Made by a program: the position numbers and the translations under genes. A stretch of 64,000 bases of DNA from a virus (taxonomy: Duplodnaviria; Caudoviricetes), in the IMG/VR virus record IMGVR_UViG_651324008_000005, positions 2,777 through 66,776 of that record. One strand, written 5' to 3'. The notes under the pieces are model-generated. The model did not search any database. It was not told the DNA's origin and saw only the letters and a program-made list of their open reading frames with translations. Positions 1 to 8,815 of the stretch are shown in pieces (the first letter of the stretch is position 1; the number at the start of each line of letters is the position of its first letter).

Positions 1-790
1 TTCCGTCGGCCTTGACGACGAATTCTGTTTCGCGGACGCGCTCGAGCAGTTCCTGTAGGACAGGGGTCCGAAAGGAGACCCAATCAGGAACCGGATATTT
101 GAACGTGGTTCCGGGTTTCGTCTCGACCTTTTTGACCTTGCGGCCGGTGATCTCCTCAACGCGGGTTTTGACGATCGCTTCGCCGATCTGGCTGTCCGAT
201 TTGGACATGAAGTTGCGATTGTAAACAGCTCCTAGCGCGCGGCGCAGTTCCATCGGTTCGCGCAAGGCGTTCCAGAGATTATGCGTGGCATCAAGATCGG
301 AGTGGAGGCAGTAGTTGGCGACGATGTCCATCTGCTCGTGGGTCAGATGCATGTCGGGAGGGAACGGCAGATCCTGTAGTTGTTTGCCTTGCATCCGGCC
401 GTTCAAGGACTTCAAACTGGCGAAGGCGTCGGGCTGCGGCTCGGACAGGTCGATATGGAGTTTTTTGACTTCGAACGGGATATCGATCCCTAAGAACTCT
501 TCGGCTTCCCACCACTGAATATTACCTTCGATCAACCGGTCGCTGGCGCGCTTGAGATGTGCGTTGGTTACATGTTCCTGTAACGAGTACCAGATCATCG
601 GAACGTCGTAAGAGAGGCTCCGATAGCCGACTGTTGTGTGCTTTCTCAAAACGGAACGAACGTATCGCCGATCGTAACTTGGCGACCTGGAACTTAACTC
701 GACGCCGACGCGCTTCCCGTCTTCTTCGCGCTTGAAGCCGATGTAGAAGAAGTCGTGATAGCACTCGATGTCGGTAAAAATCACACTCAT
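1..790 (-). CDS. Phage DNA polymerase, N-terminal 3'-5' exonuclease region (partial, runs off the left edge)
   Basis: Translated by hand from ATG at 790: MSVIFTDIECYHDFFYIGFK...VGYRSLSYDVPMI...NYCLHSDLDAT...MSKSDSQIGEAIVK. Frame is open to position 1. ExoI (DIE), ExoII-like (GYRSLSYD) and ExoIII-like (YCLHSD) motifs are present. Not in the ORF track because it lacks a stop in the window. Confidence 0.85.
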   Translation of the reverse strand, partial: MSVIFTDIECYHDFFYIGFKREEDGKRVGVELSSRSPSYDRRYVRSVLRKHTTVGYRSLSYDVPMIWYSLQEHVTNAHLKRASDRLIEGNIQWWEAEEFLGIDIPFEVKKLHIDLSEPQPDAFASLKSLNGRMQGKQLQDLPFPPDMHLTHEQMDIVANYCLHSDLDATHNLWNALREPMELRRALGAVYNRNFMSKSDSQIGEAIVKTRVEEITGRKVKKVETKPGTTFKYPVPDWVSFRTPVLQELLERVRETEFVVKADG

Positions 791-873
791 GCGGTCTTTT
801 TCTCGTCTAAGATTTTGCCCGATTTGACCCTCGGAGCCGGGGTCGGTTGGCGGTCTTTAGCCGCCGATTGCAT
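787..873 (-). CDS. 28-aa leader ORF coupled to the polymerase start
   Basis: MQSAAKDRQPTPAPRVKSGKILDEKKTA. GGAGGT Shine-Dalgarno at 878-883; its TGA overlaps the polymerase ATG (ATGA). Confidence 0.45.
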   Translation of the reverse strand: MQSAAKDRQPTPAPRVKSGKILDEKKTA

Positions 874-944
874 GGCGACCTCCATCTGCTCGGTTTCTTC
901 AGAGCAAAGCTCGTTTCACAGAATTACTCATAACGACTCTTGAA

Positions 945-979
945 TTTCACGTAAAGAGTGAATATCACTTTAAACGAGA
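945..979. promoter_or_regulatory. Tandem operator-like sites in the divergent pol/alpA control region
   Basis: TTTCAC-gtaaaga-GTGA (945-961) and TATCAC-tttaaac-GAGA (963-979); copies of a motif repeated across the genome. Confidence 0.65.
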
Positions 980-982
980 CTA

Positions 983-1201
983 ATGGAGACGCAAATGAAC
1001 GAGAGCCTCATGAGGGTGACCGACGTGTCAAAGGTGACGACGTTATCGCGCGCCGAAATCTATCGCAGGGTCAAAGCTGGCACATTCCCGGCGCAGACGC
1101 GGATTTCACATCGGGTTTCTGCGTGGAACAGAAGTGATATTGAGCGATGGATCGCGCAGAAAACGCGTCGCTCTGTTGACCTTTCAGACTTGCTGGTGTG
1201 A
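983..1201 (+). CDS. AlpA-family / excisionase-like winged-HTH regulator
   Basis: LMRVTDVSKVTTLSRAEIYRRVKAGTFPAQTRISHRVSAWNRSDIERWI is the typical AlpA pattern. Ends in VDLSDLLV. Confidence 0.9.
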   Translation: METQMNESLMRVTDVSKVTTLSRAEIYRRVKAGTFPAQTRISHRVSAWNRSDIERWIAQKTRRSVDLSDLLV

Positions 1202-1204
1202 TCA

Positions 1205-1906
1205 ATGGTCGATCTCAGCGACTTGATGGGTGCAGAAGAGCCTGCCGGCCGCCCACGCGGCAGACCTACAAAAGCAGAAGCCGAAGCCCGTTTGCAGAAA
1301 CAGATGCAGGAAGACCTCCCGCACTACACCGAGTTTCGCAAACCTGTCGGTGTGATGTTCATCGCGAACGTGGTCGGTAAGCAGCCGAAGCAAATCCAGA
1401 AGCGACTGGAAAAGTGCCCGGTATCGAAATGGGCCACCCACGGCGGCAAGCAAGTGCCGTTCTACGATTTCATGACTGCCATGTCCTATCTCGTGCCGCC
1501 GCGCGGGAGCATCGAGGACTGGTTCGCTCAGCAGAATGCCGCCAGCCTACCGCCCTATGTCAACAAGATGTGGTGGGATTCTGCTCATCAGCGGAACCGC
1601 GTGATGCTCGCCTCTGGTGACCTCTGGCATACGGAGGATGTGATGCTTGTTCTCGGGCGCGTCGCGATGATGATCCGCCAGGACGTGAAGATGTGGATCG
1701 AAGACCTGCCGGAGAAGGAGTTGCTCAGCAACAAGCAGTATGGCGCCTTAGTCGATGCCACAAACCGGCTTGTTGAAGAAATCCGCAAGACGCTCGTAGA
1801 GATGCCTCGCGAAACTCTTTCCATGACCGCACATATCAAGAGCGAACTGGATAGCAGCGGTCGGATGATTGATGATGCTGACCGGCCTGCGGGAGATGAT
1901 GAGTGA
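1205..1906 (+). CDS. terS: Terminase small subunit (lambda Nu1 / DUF1441-like)
   Basis: 233 aa; position upstream of terL; N-terminal HTH-like segment; helical C-terminus (GDLWHTEDV...) like Nu1-type proteins. Confidence 0.75.
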   Translation: MVDLSDLMGAEEPAGRPRGRPTKAEAEARLQKQMQEDLPHYTEFRKPVGVMFIANVVGKQPKQIQKRLEKCPVSKWATHGGKQVPFYDFMTAMSYLVPPRGSIEDWFAQQNAASLPPYVNKMWWDSAHQRNRVMLASGDLWHTEDVMLVLGRVAMMIRQDVKMWIEDLPEKELLSNKQYGALVDATNRLVEEIRKTLVEMPRETLSMTAHIKSELDSSGRMIDDADRPAGDDE

Positions 1907-2715
1907 CTTCACCTCTTCCCGGCGACACAATCGTAGTTTGGTTCTCGAACGGCGCCGCCAGTGCGGTTGCCGCCTGGGAGACTATCCGTCGCTACGGCGC
2001 GATTTGTGACGTTCGCGTTGTAAATAATCCGATTATTGAAGAAGACGAAGATAATCTTCGGTTTCAGACTGACGTTTCGCGATGGCTAGGTCTGCCGATC
2101 ATCCTCCATGGAAACCCCGATTATCCTTCTAATTCCGCTGTCGAAATATGGGAAAAACGCAAGGCGATGGTGTTTCCGAAAGGGGCACCGTGTACCGTTC
2201 ATGGGAAAAAAGAAGCGCGGCAGGACTACGAAAAACATCATCGAGTTGACTGGCACGTATTCGGGTTCACTGCTGACGAACGGGATCGCCACGAGCGGTT
2301 TATCTTAACCGAGCGTGACAATGTTTTACCGGTCCTGATCGATGGAAACTATACGAAAGATGACTGCGCATCGCTGCTGCAATTCTTCCGAATAGCGCTC
2401 CCTCGAATATATACCCTTGGGTTCCCGAATGCCAACTGCAAGGGCTGCGTGAAGGCTACGAGCCCCACGTACTGGAATCTGGTTCGTCGCATATTTCCTG
2501 ATGTTTTCGCTGCCCGCGCCGAGCAATCTCGCCGCCTTGGAGTTCGTCTGGTTCGTTACAAAGGCGAGCGAATTTTCCTAGACGAGCTGCCTCCGGATGC
2601 TGTTGGCCGCCCTCTTAAAACGATGCGCATTGAATGCGGAATCGTCTGCGAGGAAGACCCGACAGGTGACCGTGAGGAATACTTCAATATCACAGAATGG
2701 TTGTTGGCCGCATGA
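1903..2715 (+). CDS. PAPS-reductase-like (PP-loop, Fe-S cysteine) protein
   Basis: PP-loop-like VVWFSNGAASAVA; GAPCT; PNANCKGCVK; C-terminal CGIVCE. Overlaps terS and terL by 4 nt each. Confidence 0.75.
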   Translation: MTSPLPGDTIVVWFSNGAASAVAAWETIRRYGAICDVRVVNNPIIEEDEDNLRFQTDVSRWLGLPIILHGNPDYPSNSAVEIWEKRKAMVFPKGAPCTVHGKKEARQDYEKHHRVDWHVFGFTADERDRHERFILTERDNVLPVLIDGNYTKDDCASLLQFFRIALPRIYTLGFPNANCKGCVKATSPTYWNLVRRIFPDVFAARAEQSRRLGVRLVRYKGERIFLDELPPDAVGRPLKTMRIECGIVCEEDPTGDREEYFNITEWLLAA

Positions 2716-4895
2716 ACTCACCTCTCCGCCAAATTCGCCCACCGACAATTGATGAACTAATCAGCTCCGTGCGGTTTAAAACGCTCGAGGATATTGTTGC
2801 ATCAGCGTTCGACGAGATGAAGCCGGCTAACCGCATGACGGTGACCGATGCTGCGAAGGAGTATTCGAGAATTGGCACCGGGGGCGGGCATAGCCAACCG
2901 TGGTCCGAAGATCGGACACCCTATCTCAGAGAGCCACAAGACGAAACGACATCGCTTGATTTCACGGGCATGGTATTCTTGGGGCCAGCGCGAACCGGTA
3001 AAACGGTGATGGTCCTGAACATGATCAGTCACACGGTGAAGACTGATCCCACCGACATGCTGCTGGTCCACATGGACCGCGAGAATGCCAGAAAGTGGTC
3101 AAACGGCGATTTAAGTCGATACCTCAAAGCCTCCACGCAAATCCGCGCTGAGCAGCTTACGGCCCGTCAGTACGACAATACGTTCGACAAAACATTCAAG
3201 AGCGGGATGCGGGTACTGGTAACCTATCCTACGCCAGCGAACCTCTCAGGCATCACCGTCAGGATCGGCGCATCGATCGACTATGACCGTTCAGAGGATG
3301 ATATCGGCGGTGAAGGTAACCTCTACGACCTTCTGTCCATGCGCACGACGACATTCAAACGCTTCGGTATGACCATTGCTGAGTCATCGCCGAACCCGAA
3401 TAAGGAAATCCAAGACCCTCGGTGGATGGCCAAGACGCCTCATGAGGCACCTCCAATCCGGGGCATATTCGCGCTATACAATCGCGGTGACCGTCGCAGA
3501 TGGCAGTGGTGTTGCCCTCAGTGTGAGGAGTGGTTTGAGCCGGATTTCAAATTACTTGACTGGGGCGGCCATACGGACCCCATGGAAGCGCGTGATGCGA
3601 CGGTTATGATTTGTCCTTCGCATGGCTGTATCATCAAGCCGCATCAGAAACACGACCTCAACCGCCATGGCCGCTGGATCCGAGAAGGGGAAATGATAGA
3701 ATCCGGCCTGTCTGGCAAGACTGTCGTCCGCCCCGGTATGAAAGTCACGCGGTCAACGATCGCCTCGTTTTGGTTGAAAGGCCCGGCCGCTGGCTATCGC
3801 GAGTGGGGCGATCTCGTGATGCTCGAGCTTAACGCTCTCAAGGAACTCGAAGAGACCGGCGACGACAGTGCGCTCAGGAAGACCCGAACGACTGACCAAG
3901 GGACGTTCTATATCCCGCAGGCCCGTCTTTCCGATTTTGCACCAGAACTGCTGAAAGCCAAGGGCGAGGACTGGGGATCGACACCCGAAGAGCCTCTTGT
4001 GCCAGAAGGCGTGCGATACCTCGTTTCGACGGTCGATATCCAGAAGCGCGCCTTCGTAGTCCAGGTCTTGGGATACACGGCCGATGGTGATCGCGTTGTC
4101 GTCGACATGTTCAAAGTTCGCTTGTCGAATCGCCGCAATGCGAAAGACGAGCGACTGCCGATTGATCCTGCCGCATTCGGTGAGGACTGGGATGTCCTGA
4201 TTCCCGAGGTGATGGGCAAGACATATGAACTGAGCGATGGCAGCGGTCGACGTATGGCTATCCGCGCTACGGCCTCCGACTCCGGTGGGGCGGAAGGTGT
4301 CACTGCCCATGCCTATAACTTCTGGCGCCGGTTGAAGGCGAAACAGGACGGTTCACATCGTCGCTTCATCCTAGTGAAAGGTGAAGCTTCGAAGTCGAAG
4401 CCGCTGGCGCGAACGGAATGGCCCGACTCATCTCAGAAGGGACCTCTTGCCATCGCACGCGGCGACGTGCCGGTGGTGATGCTTAATTCGAACAAGCTCA
4501 AGGATGCCGTTTCCTTGCTTATGTCGCGGCGAATCGCCGACGAGGGTGTCGATGGCGGCATGTTGCGATTCCCCGATTGGGCCGAGGACTGGTATTTTGT
4601 GCAGCTAACTTCGGAAACACGCACAGCCAAGGGGTGGTTGAACACGCGAAAGAAGCGCAACGAAGCATTCGATTTGACCTACTATGCTGAGGGCATTTCC
4701 TTGCGACCGGTCGAGAAAAATGTGCCTTACACGCACTTCGGTTTTGACCGGATAGACTGGAAAAACCCGCCTTCGTGGGCAGAGGAATGGGATCGAAACG
4801 ACCTCGTGTCAGGCGGTACGCGGGACGATGATCCTCCACCAGTAAAAAGCACTGGATTAAGCGCACTGGCAGAGCTTGCAAAAAAATTAGCATAA
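2712..4895 (+). CDS. terL: Terminase large subunit (lambda gpA family)
   Basis: Walker A GPARTGKT; Zn-finger CPQCEEWF...CPSHGC; nuclease STVDIQ and DSGG motifs. ATG 2712 overlaps the upstream TGA. Confidence 0.95.
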   Translation: MNSPLRQIRPPTIDELISSVRFKTLEDIVASAFDEMKPANRMTVTDAAKEYSRIGTGGGHSQPWSEDRTPYLREPQDETTSLDFTGMVFLGPARTGKTVMVLNMISHTVKTDPTDMLLVHMDRENARKWSNGDLSRYLKASTQIRAEQLTARQYDNTFDKTFKSGMRVLVTYPTPANLSGITVRIGASIDYDRSEDDIGGEGNLYDLLSMRTTTFKRFGMTIAESSPNPNKEIQDPRWMAKTPHEAPPIRGIFALYNRGDRRRWQWCCPQCEEWFEPDFKLLDWGGHTDPMEARDATVMICPSHGCIIKPHQKHDLNRHGRWIREGEMIESGLSGKTVVRPGMKVTRSTIASFWLKGPAAGYREWGDLVMLELNALKELEETGDDSALRKTRTTDQGTFYIPQARLSDFAPELLKAKGEDWGSTPEEPLVPEGVRYLVSTVDIQKRAFVVQVLGYTADGDRVVVDMFKVRLSNRRNAKDERLPIDPAAFGEDWDVLIPEVMGKTYELSDGSGRRMAIRATASDSGGAEGVTAHAYNFWRRLKAKQDGSHRRFILVKGEASKSKPLARTEWPDSSQKGPLAIARGDVPVVMLNSNKLKDAVSLLMSRRIADEGVDGGMLRFPDWAEDWYFVQLTSETRTAKGWLNTRKKRNEAFDLTYYAEGISLRPVEKNVPYTHFGFDRIDWKNPPSWAEEWDRNDLVSGGTRDDDPPPVKSTGLSALAELAKKLA

Positions 4896-4896
4896 A

Positions 4897-4931
4897 AATC
4901 ACGCTAGGATTGACTTTCACCTTTTGAGTGC
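4897..4931 (+). promoter_or_regulatory. Operator-like pair overlapping a TTGACT -35-like hexamer
   Basis: AATCAC-gctagga-TTGA followed by TTTCAC-cttttga-GTGC, in an AT-rich 260-bp gap between terL and gpW. Confidence 0.55.
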
Positions 4932-5157
4932 ATAATTGTCACGTAACGGCAGCGCTTGAACGGAAAGGAGGTCTTCATGAACTTGCTCGTTAACGTGGTT
5001 GAAATTGCTGAGTTTATGCATTTTCGCCCGCTACGGTTATTAAGTCGCCCATGATGGGCAAAACATGGAAATGGTTTACAAAATTCCAATTTAATATTGT
5101 AATTAAGAATGAACAGCGGTATTACTCACCCTGCAAGAGCGCATTGCGGGGTGACAC

Positions 5158-5385
5158 ATGGCGACAATCGCCGAATTACAGGGTTGGCTACGAGAGGCTG
5201 AAAAAGCCCTCCACGAATTGTTGACCGGTAAAGGTGTCGCCGAGGTTCGTGACAGCAACGGCGAGTCCGTCCGCTATACGATGGCAAACGTCTCTCGCCT
5301 TCGTCAGTATATCGAAGATCTCAAATCCCAAATCGCAGGACAGCCGAGAACCCCGCATCGTGTCATGAGGCCGACGTGGGGATGA
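5158..5385 (+). CDS. Head-tail joining protein (gpW family)
   Basis: 75 aa, ALHELLTGKGVAEV...VRYTMANVSRLRQYIEDL; lies directly before the portal gene. Confidence 0.9.
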   Translation: MATIAELQGWLREAEKALHELLTGKGVAEVRDSNGESVRYTMANVSRLRQYIEDLKSQIAGQPRTPHRVMRPTWG

Positions 5386-7073
5386 GAGCGGCTGTTGATC
5401 TTTCAGACCTGATCGGAACCGCCGCTGATGTCTCCACAGCGGTTGCCGATGCGGTGCGTCCGCCCGGTGCTACGGCGGCAGCATCGGGCGGGGTTGCCTA
5501 TGACGGCGCATCGAAAGTTGACCGGCTTGCTCGTTGGCAGCCCGCAATCCGTTCTGCTGACGCGGAAATCCTTCCTGAAAAACAAAACCTTGACGCGCGA
5601 GCGCGCGACACAATTCGCAACGATGCATTTGTGTCCGGTGGCGCTGACATCTATCGCGACTCGATTGTTGGTTCTCGTTATCAACTGAATGCCCGCCCTG
5701 AGACCAAGGTCTTGTGGGGCAAAGAGGATGCGAAGTGGGAAGAAGAGTTTCAGGAAGAAACTGAGACCAAGTTCATGCTGTGGGGCGAAAGCCAGCAGAA
5801 ATGGTCAGACGCTGCCCGTATCAATACCTTCACCGCACAGGTTCGTCTCGGTGTCTGCACGTTCTTCGGCGGCGGGGAAATTCTAGCAAGCGCCGAATGG
5901 ATGCCGGCTGATGGTCGCCCATACCGTTCCGCCGTGCAGATGATCGACCCCGATCGGCTTTCCACTCCGATGGACAAGCTCATGCAGGATTGGTCTCGCA
6001 TCCGAAACGGCGTTGAGCGTGACCGTCGCGGTGCTCCGATCGCCTACCACATTCGGAATTCCCATCCGAACGACGGCCCATATCACGATTTCTCCAGCCT
6101 CTCCGACATGAACTGGACACGGGTTCCGGCTCGCAACCGGTGGGGTCGACCTATGGTCCTGCACGTCTACGAGCAGGACCGGCCCGACCAGTCCCGCGGC
6201 GTGTCCGATATCGTTTCGGCGCTGTCCGAAATGCGGATGACGAAGCATTTCCGACGCACGGAACTGGAACGCGCCGTCGTTGCAGCCAGCTACGCAGCCT
6301 CGGTCGAATCGGAAATCCCTGACGATGTCTTGGCGGCCCTTGGCGGACAGCCTCCCGAGGGTAATGCCACGGTCGAATGGATGACCGCATATCTCGATGC
6401 GATCGCGGCATACAATTCCAATGCAACGAACTTGCACATGGACGGAGCGAAGATTCCCGTATTCGCTCCAGGTACAAAGCTCAAGATTCAGAACACCGGA
6501 GCCACCGGTCCACTTGGCGACAAATACGAGCAGAGCCTTCTGCGCTACATCGCAGCCGCGCTCGGTCTTTCCTACGAGCAGTTCTCCCGCGATTTCACGC
6601 AGACAAACTATTCGTCGGCTCGCGCATCGATCGGCGAAACGCAGAAAGGCATGAATGCCAAGAAGGCGATTGCAGCCGACGGCGTCGCCAACTTCATTTA
6701 TCGCCTCTGGCTTGAGGAAGCGATCAACAAGAACGACCTCGAATGCCTCAAGCGAAAGAACGTCCCGCTCTTTTACGAGGGGTTGAACGCCGAGGCGTAC
6801 TGCGCATGCGAATGGATCGGCGCAGGGCAGGGCCAGATTGACCCGCTCAAGGAAACTCAGGCTGCTGTTCTCAAGGTCAAGAGCGGTTTTTCCACGAAGG
6901 AAGCCGAGATCGCGAAGATGAGCGGTGGCGACTATCGCCGTGTCGCGCGACAGATCCAGCGCGAGCGCGAACTGGATAGCTTCTACGGCAACCCGTCGAT
7001 CTACGACAGCACCGACACCAAGGACATGGAAAACTCACTGTCCGCCACACCAAGAGAAGGAGAGGCGGCGTGA
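5382..7073 (+). CDS. Portal protein (lambda gpB family)
   Basis: RARDTIRNDAFVSG, NYSSARAS and GQGQIDPLKE motifs; ATG 5382 overlaps the gpW stop; N-terminus carries VDLSDLIG. Confidence 0.95.
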   Translation: MRAAVDLSDLIGTAADVSTAVADAVRPPGATAAASGGVAYDGASKVDRLARWQPAIRSADAEILPEKQNLDARARDTIRNDAFVSGGADIYRDSIVGSRYQLNARPETKVLWGKEDAKWEEEFQEETETKFMLWGESQQKWSDAARINTFTAQVRLGVCTFFGGGEILASAEWMPADGRPYRSAVQMIDPDRLSTPMDKLMQDWSRIRNGVERDRRGAPIAYHIRNSHPNDGPYHDFSSLSDMNWTRVPARNRWGRPMVLHVYEQDRPDQSRGVSDIVSALSEMRMTKHFRRTELERAVVAASYAASVESEIPDDVLAALGGQPPEGNATVEWMTAYLDAIAAYNSNATNLHMDGAKIPVFAPGTKLKIQNTGATGPLGDKYEQSLLRYIAAALGLSYEQFSRDFTQTNYSSARASIGETQKGMNAKKAIAADGVANFIYRLWLEEAINKNDLECLKRKNVPLFYEGLNAEAYCACEWIGAGQGQIDPLKETQAAVLKVKSGFSTKEAEIAKMSGGDYRRVARQIQRERELDSFYGNPSIYDSTDTKDMENSLSATPREGEAA

Positions 7074-8365
7074 ACGCAATCCTCGCACGTTTTCAGGACA
7101 GCACAGCTCTCGTGGCCGAAACCCGTGGTTCGTGGCTCGAAGCCTGCGCGCAAATGGCTTCCGAACATCTCGTCGAGATAGAGAAGGCATCGGCCAACGA
7201 CAATGACTTCTGGTTCAGCGAAGACGACTGGCGTGCGCGTTACCGGCCCTACAACGTCAAGAACGGCATTCTTTATGTTCCGGTTCAGGGTGTTCTCGTC
7301 AACAACTTCCCGTGGACGATCGGTGCCTGGATCACCGGTTACGAATACATCCGTCAGGCCATCAAGCGCGGTCGCGACGATAGCGACGTAAAAGCCATTG
7401 TCCTGGTCATCGACTCTGGTGGGGGGATGGTCTCGGGTAACTGGGACCTCGTCGATTATATCTTCGAAACCCGCGACATCAAACCGATCCGCGCCGTAGC
7501 GTCCGAGCACGCGTATTCCGCTGCTTACAACATTGCCGCTGCGACCAGTCATATCACGGTCGCACGCACGGGAGGTGTCGGTTCGATCGGCGTCATCATC
7601 ACCCATTTCGAATATTCCGAATACCTCAAGAGCGCAGGTATCAAGGTCAACATCATCCGCTCCAAGCCCGGCAAGGCACAGGGTAATTCGATCGAGCCGC
7701 TTTCCGAGGAAGCCCGGAAGAAGTGGAAAGCCGAAGTGGATGAACTCCACAAGCAATTCGTCGCCATGGTGGCGAGGGGTCGAGGCATGGAGGAGGAGGC
7801 GGTCGACGATACCGACGCGCAGACCTTCATGGCTCGTCAAGCCGTCAAGATCGGATTGGCTGACGCCATCGGAACTCTCGACGACGCTGTAACGGCCCTT
7901 GAGGCCACGTTCTCACAAGAAGGAGAAGAACCAATGGCCGAAAATAAACAGGCCGAATACGAAGCCGCGGTCGCTGCCGCACGTGCGGAAGGTGCCGCTG
8001 AAGGTGAAAAGACCGGTGCCGCCAACGCGATTTCCCGCATCAATGCGATCATCGGCTCCGACGCCGGCAAGGCTCGCCCTACCGCCGCTCTGAACGCTGC
8101 TCTCAAGACATCAATGTCTGCTGAGGAAGCAACGGAGTTTCTGGCTTCGCTGCCGGAAGAAGCGAAGCCAGATGCCGCCACCACCACGCAGCCCGGTGCA
8201 GGCGCACCTGCTGGCATGTTCACCGCCGCGATGGACGGAAGCAACCAGCCAAACATCGCTGCTGGCACTGGCGGCAACGACGATAACCAGGCAACCGATG
8301 TCGACAAGGACCGAGCGCTGATCCGCGGCTACGGCCTCGCCGGCTTCTCTGACAACAAGGAGTAA
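7070..8365 (+). CDS. S49 prohead protease (gpC-like) with C-terminal scaffold domain
   Basis: IDSGGG, AYSAAYNIAAA and GGVGSIGVI motifs; Ala-rich C-terminal region. Confidence 0.93.
   Translation: MNAILARFQDSTALVAETRGSWLEACAQMASEHLVEIEKASANDNDFWFSEDDWRARYRPYNVKNGILYVPVQGVLVNNFPWTIGAWITGYEYIRQAIKRGRDDSDVKAIVLVIDSGGGMVSGNWDLVDYIFETRDIKPIRAVASEHAYSAAYNIAAATSHITVARTGGVGSIGVIITHFEYSEYLKSAGIKVNIIRSKPGKAQGNSIEPLSEEARKKWKAEVDELHKQFVAMVARGRGMEEEAVDDTDAQTFMARQAVKIGLADAIGTLDDAVTALEATFSQEGEEPMAENKQAEYEAAVAAARAEGAAEGEKTGAANAISRINAIIGSDAGKARPTAALNAALKTSMSAEEATEFLASLPEEAKPDAATTTQPGAGAPAGMFTAAMDGSNQPNIAAGTGGNDDNQATDVDKDRALIRGYGLAGFSDNKE
7934..8365 (+). CDS. Nested in-frame scaffolding protein (Nu3-like)
   Basis: AAGGAG Shine-Dalgarno upstream of in-frame ATG 7934 (MAENKQ...), matching the lambda C/Nu3 arrangement. 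Confidence 0.65.
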   Translation: MAENKQAEYEAAVAAARAEGAAEGEKTGAANAISRINAIIGSDAGKARPTAALNAALKTSMSAEEATEFLASLPEEAKPDAATTTQPGAGAPAGMFTAAMDGSNQPNIAAGTGGNDDNQATDVDKDRALIRGYGLAGFSDNKE

Positions 8366-8371
8366 ACCGCG

Positions 8372-8803
8372 ATGGCAAACATTACGCCTCCCTATGCAGA
8401 TCCCGGCCGCGCAGCGTTCGAGGAACTCGACACCTACCTGCAGAACCATCTGCTGGCAGGTTCCCACCCGGAACTGGCACCCGCCTATTCGTTCCCGATT
8501 CCGCTGAACGCGAACTACGCGCAGTTTACGGTGCTCGGCTTGAACGCAAGCAAGGAACTGGTGCCTGCCGTTACCGGAAGCGCCGACCCTGATGACGACG
8601 TGCAGGCCATCGGCGTGCTCGCCCATGCAGTCTCGCGTGGCGGCGCAGGTTCGCCTGCCGTCAATGGTCAGGTGTTCTACTCCGGCTGCTTCAACCAGGA
8701 TGCGCTCGTATGGGACGACTCTTTCAGCACCGACGCGCTGAAGCAGGCGGCCTTCCTCGGCGCGCCCACTCCCACCACCATCATCGTCGCGAAGCGCGCG
8801 TAA
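8372..8803 (+). CDS. Head decoration protein (gpD-like)
   Basis: 143 aa between protease and capsid; AIGVLAH...VFYSGCFNQDALVW. Confidence 0.85.
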   Translation: MANITPPYADPGRAAFEELDTYLQNHLLAGSHPELAPAYSFPIPLNANYAQFTVLGLNASKELVPAVTGSADPDDDVQAIGVLAHAVSRGGAGSPAVNGQVFYSGCFNQDALVWDDSFSTDALKQAAFLGAPTPTTIIVAKRA

Positions 8804-8815
8804 AAGGAGGCTTCA

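Noticed and set aside
1903-2715. Complete Dnd/Ssp phosphorothioation system
   Set aside because: Only the PAPS-reductase-like gene is present; no cysteine desulfurase, DndD/E or SspB/C partners.
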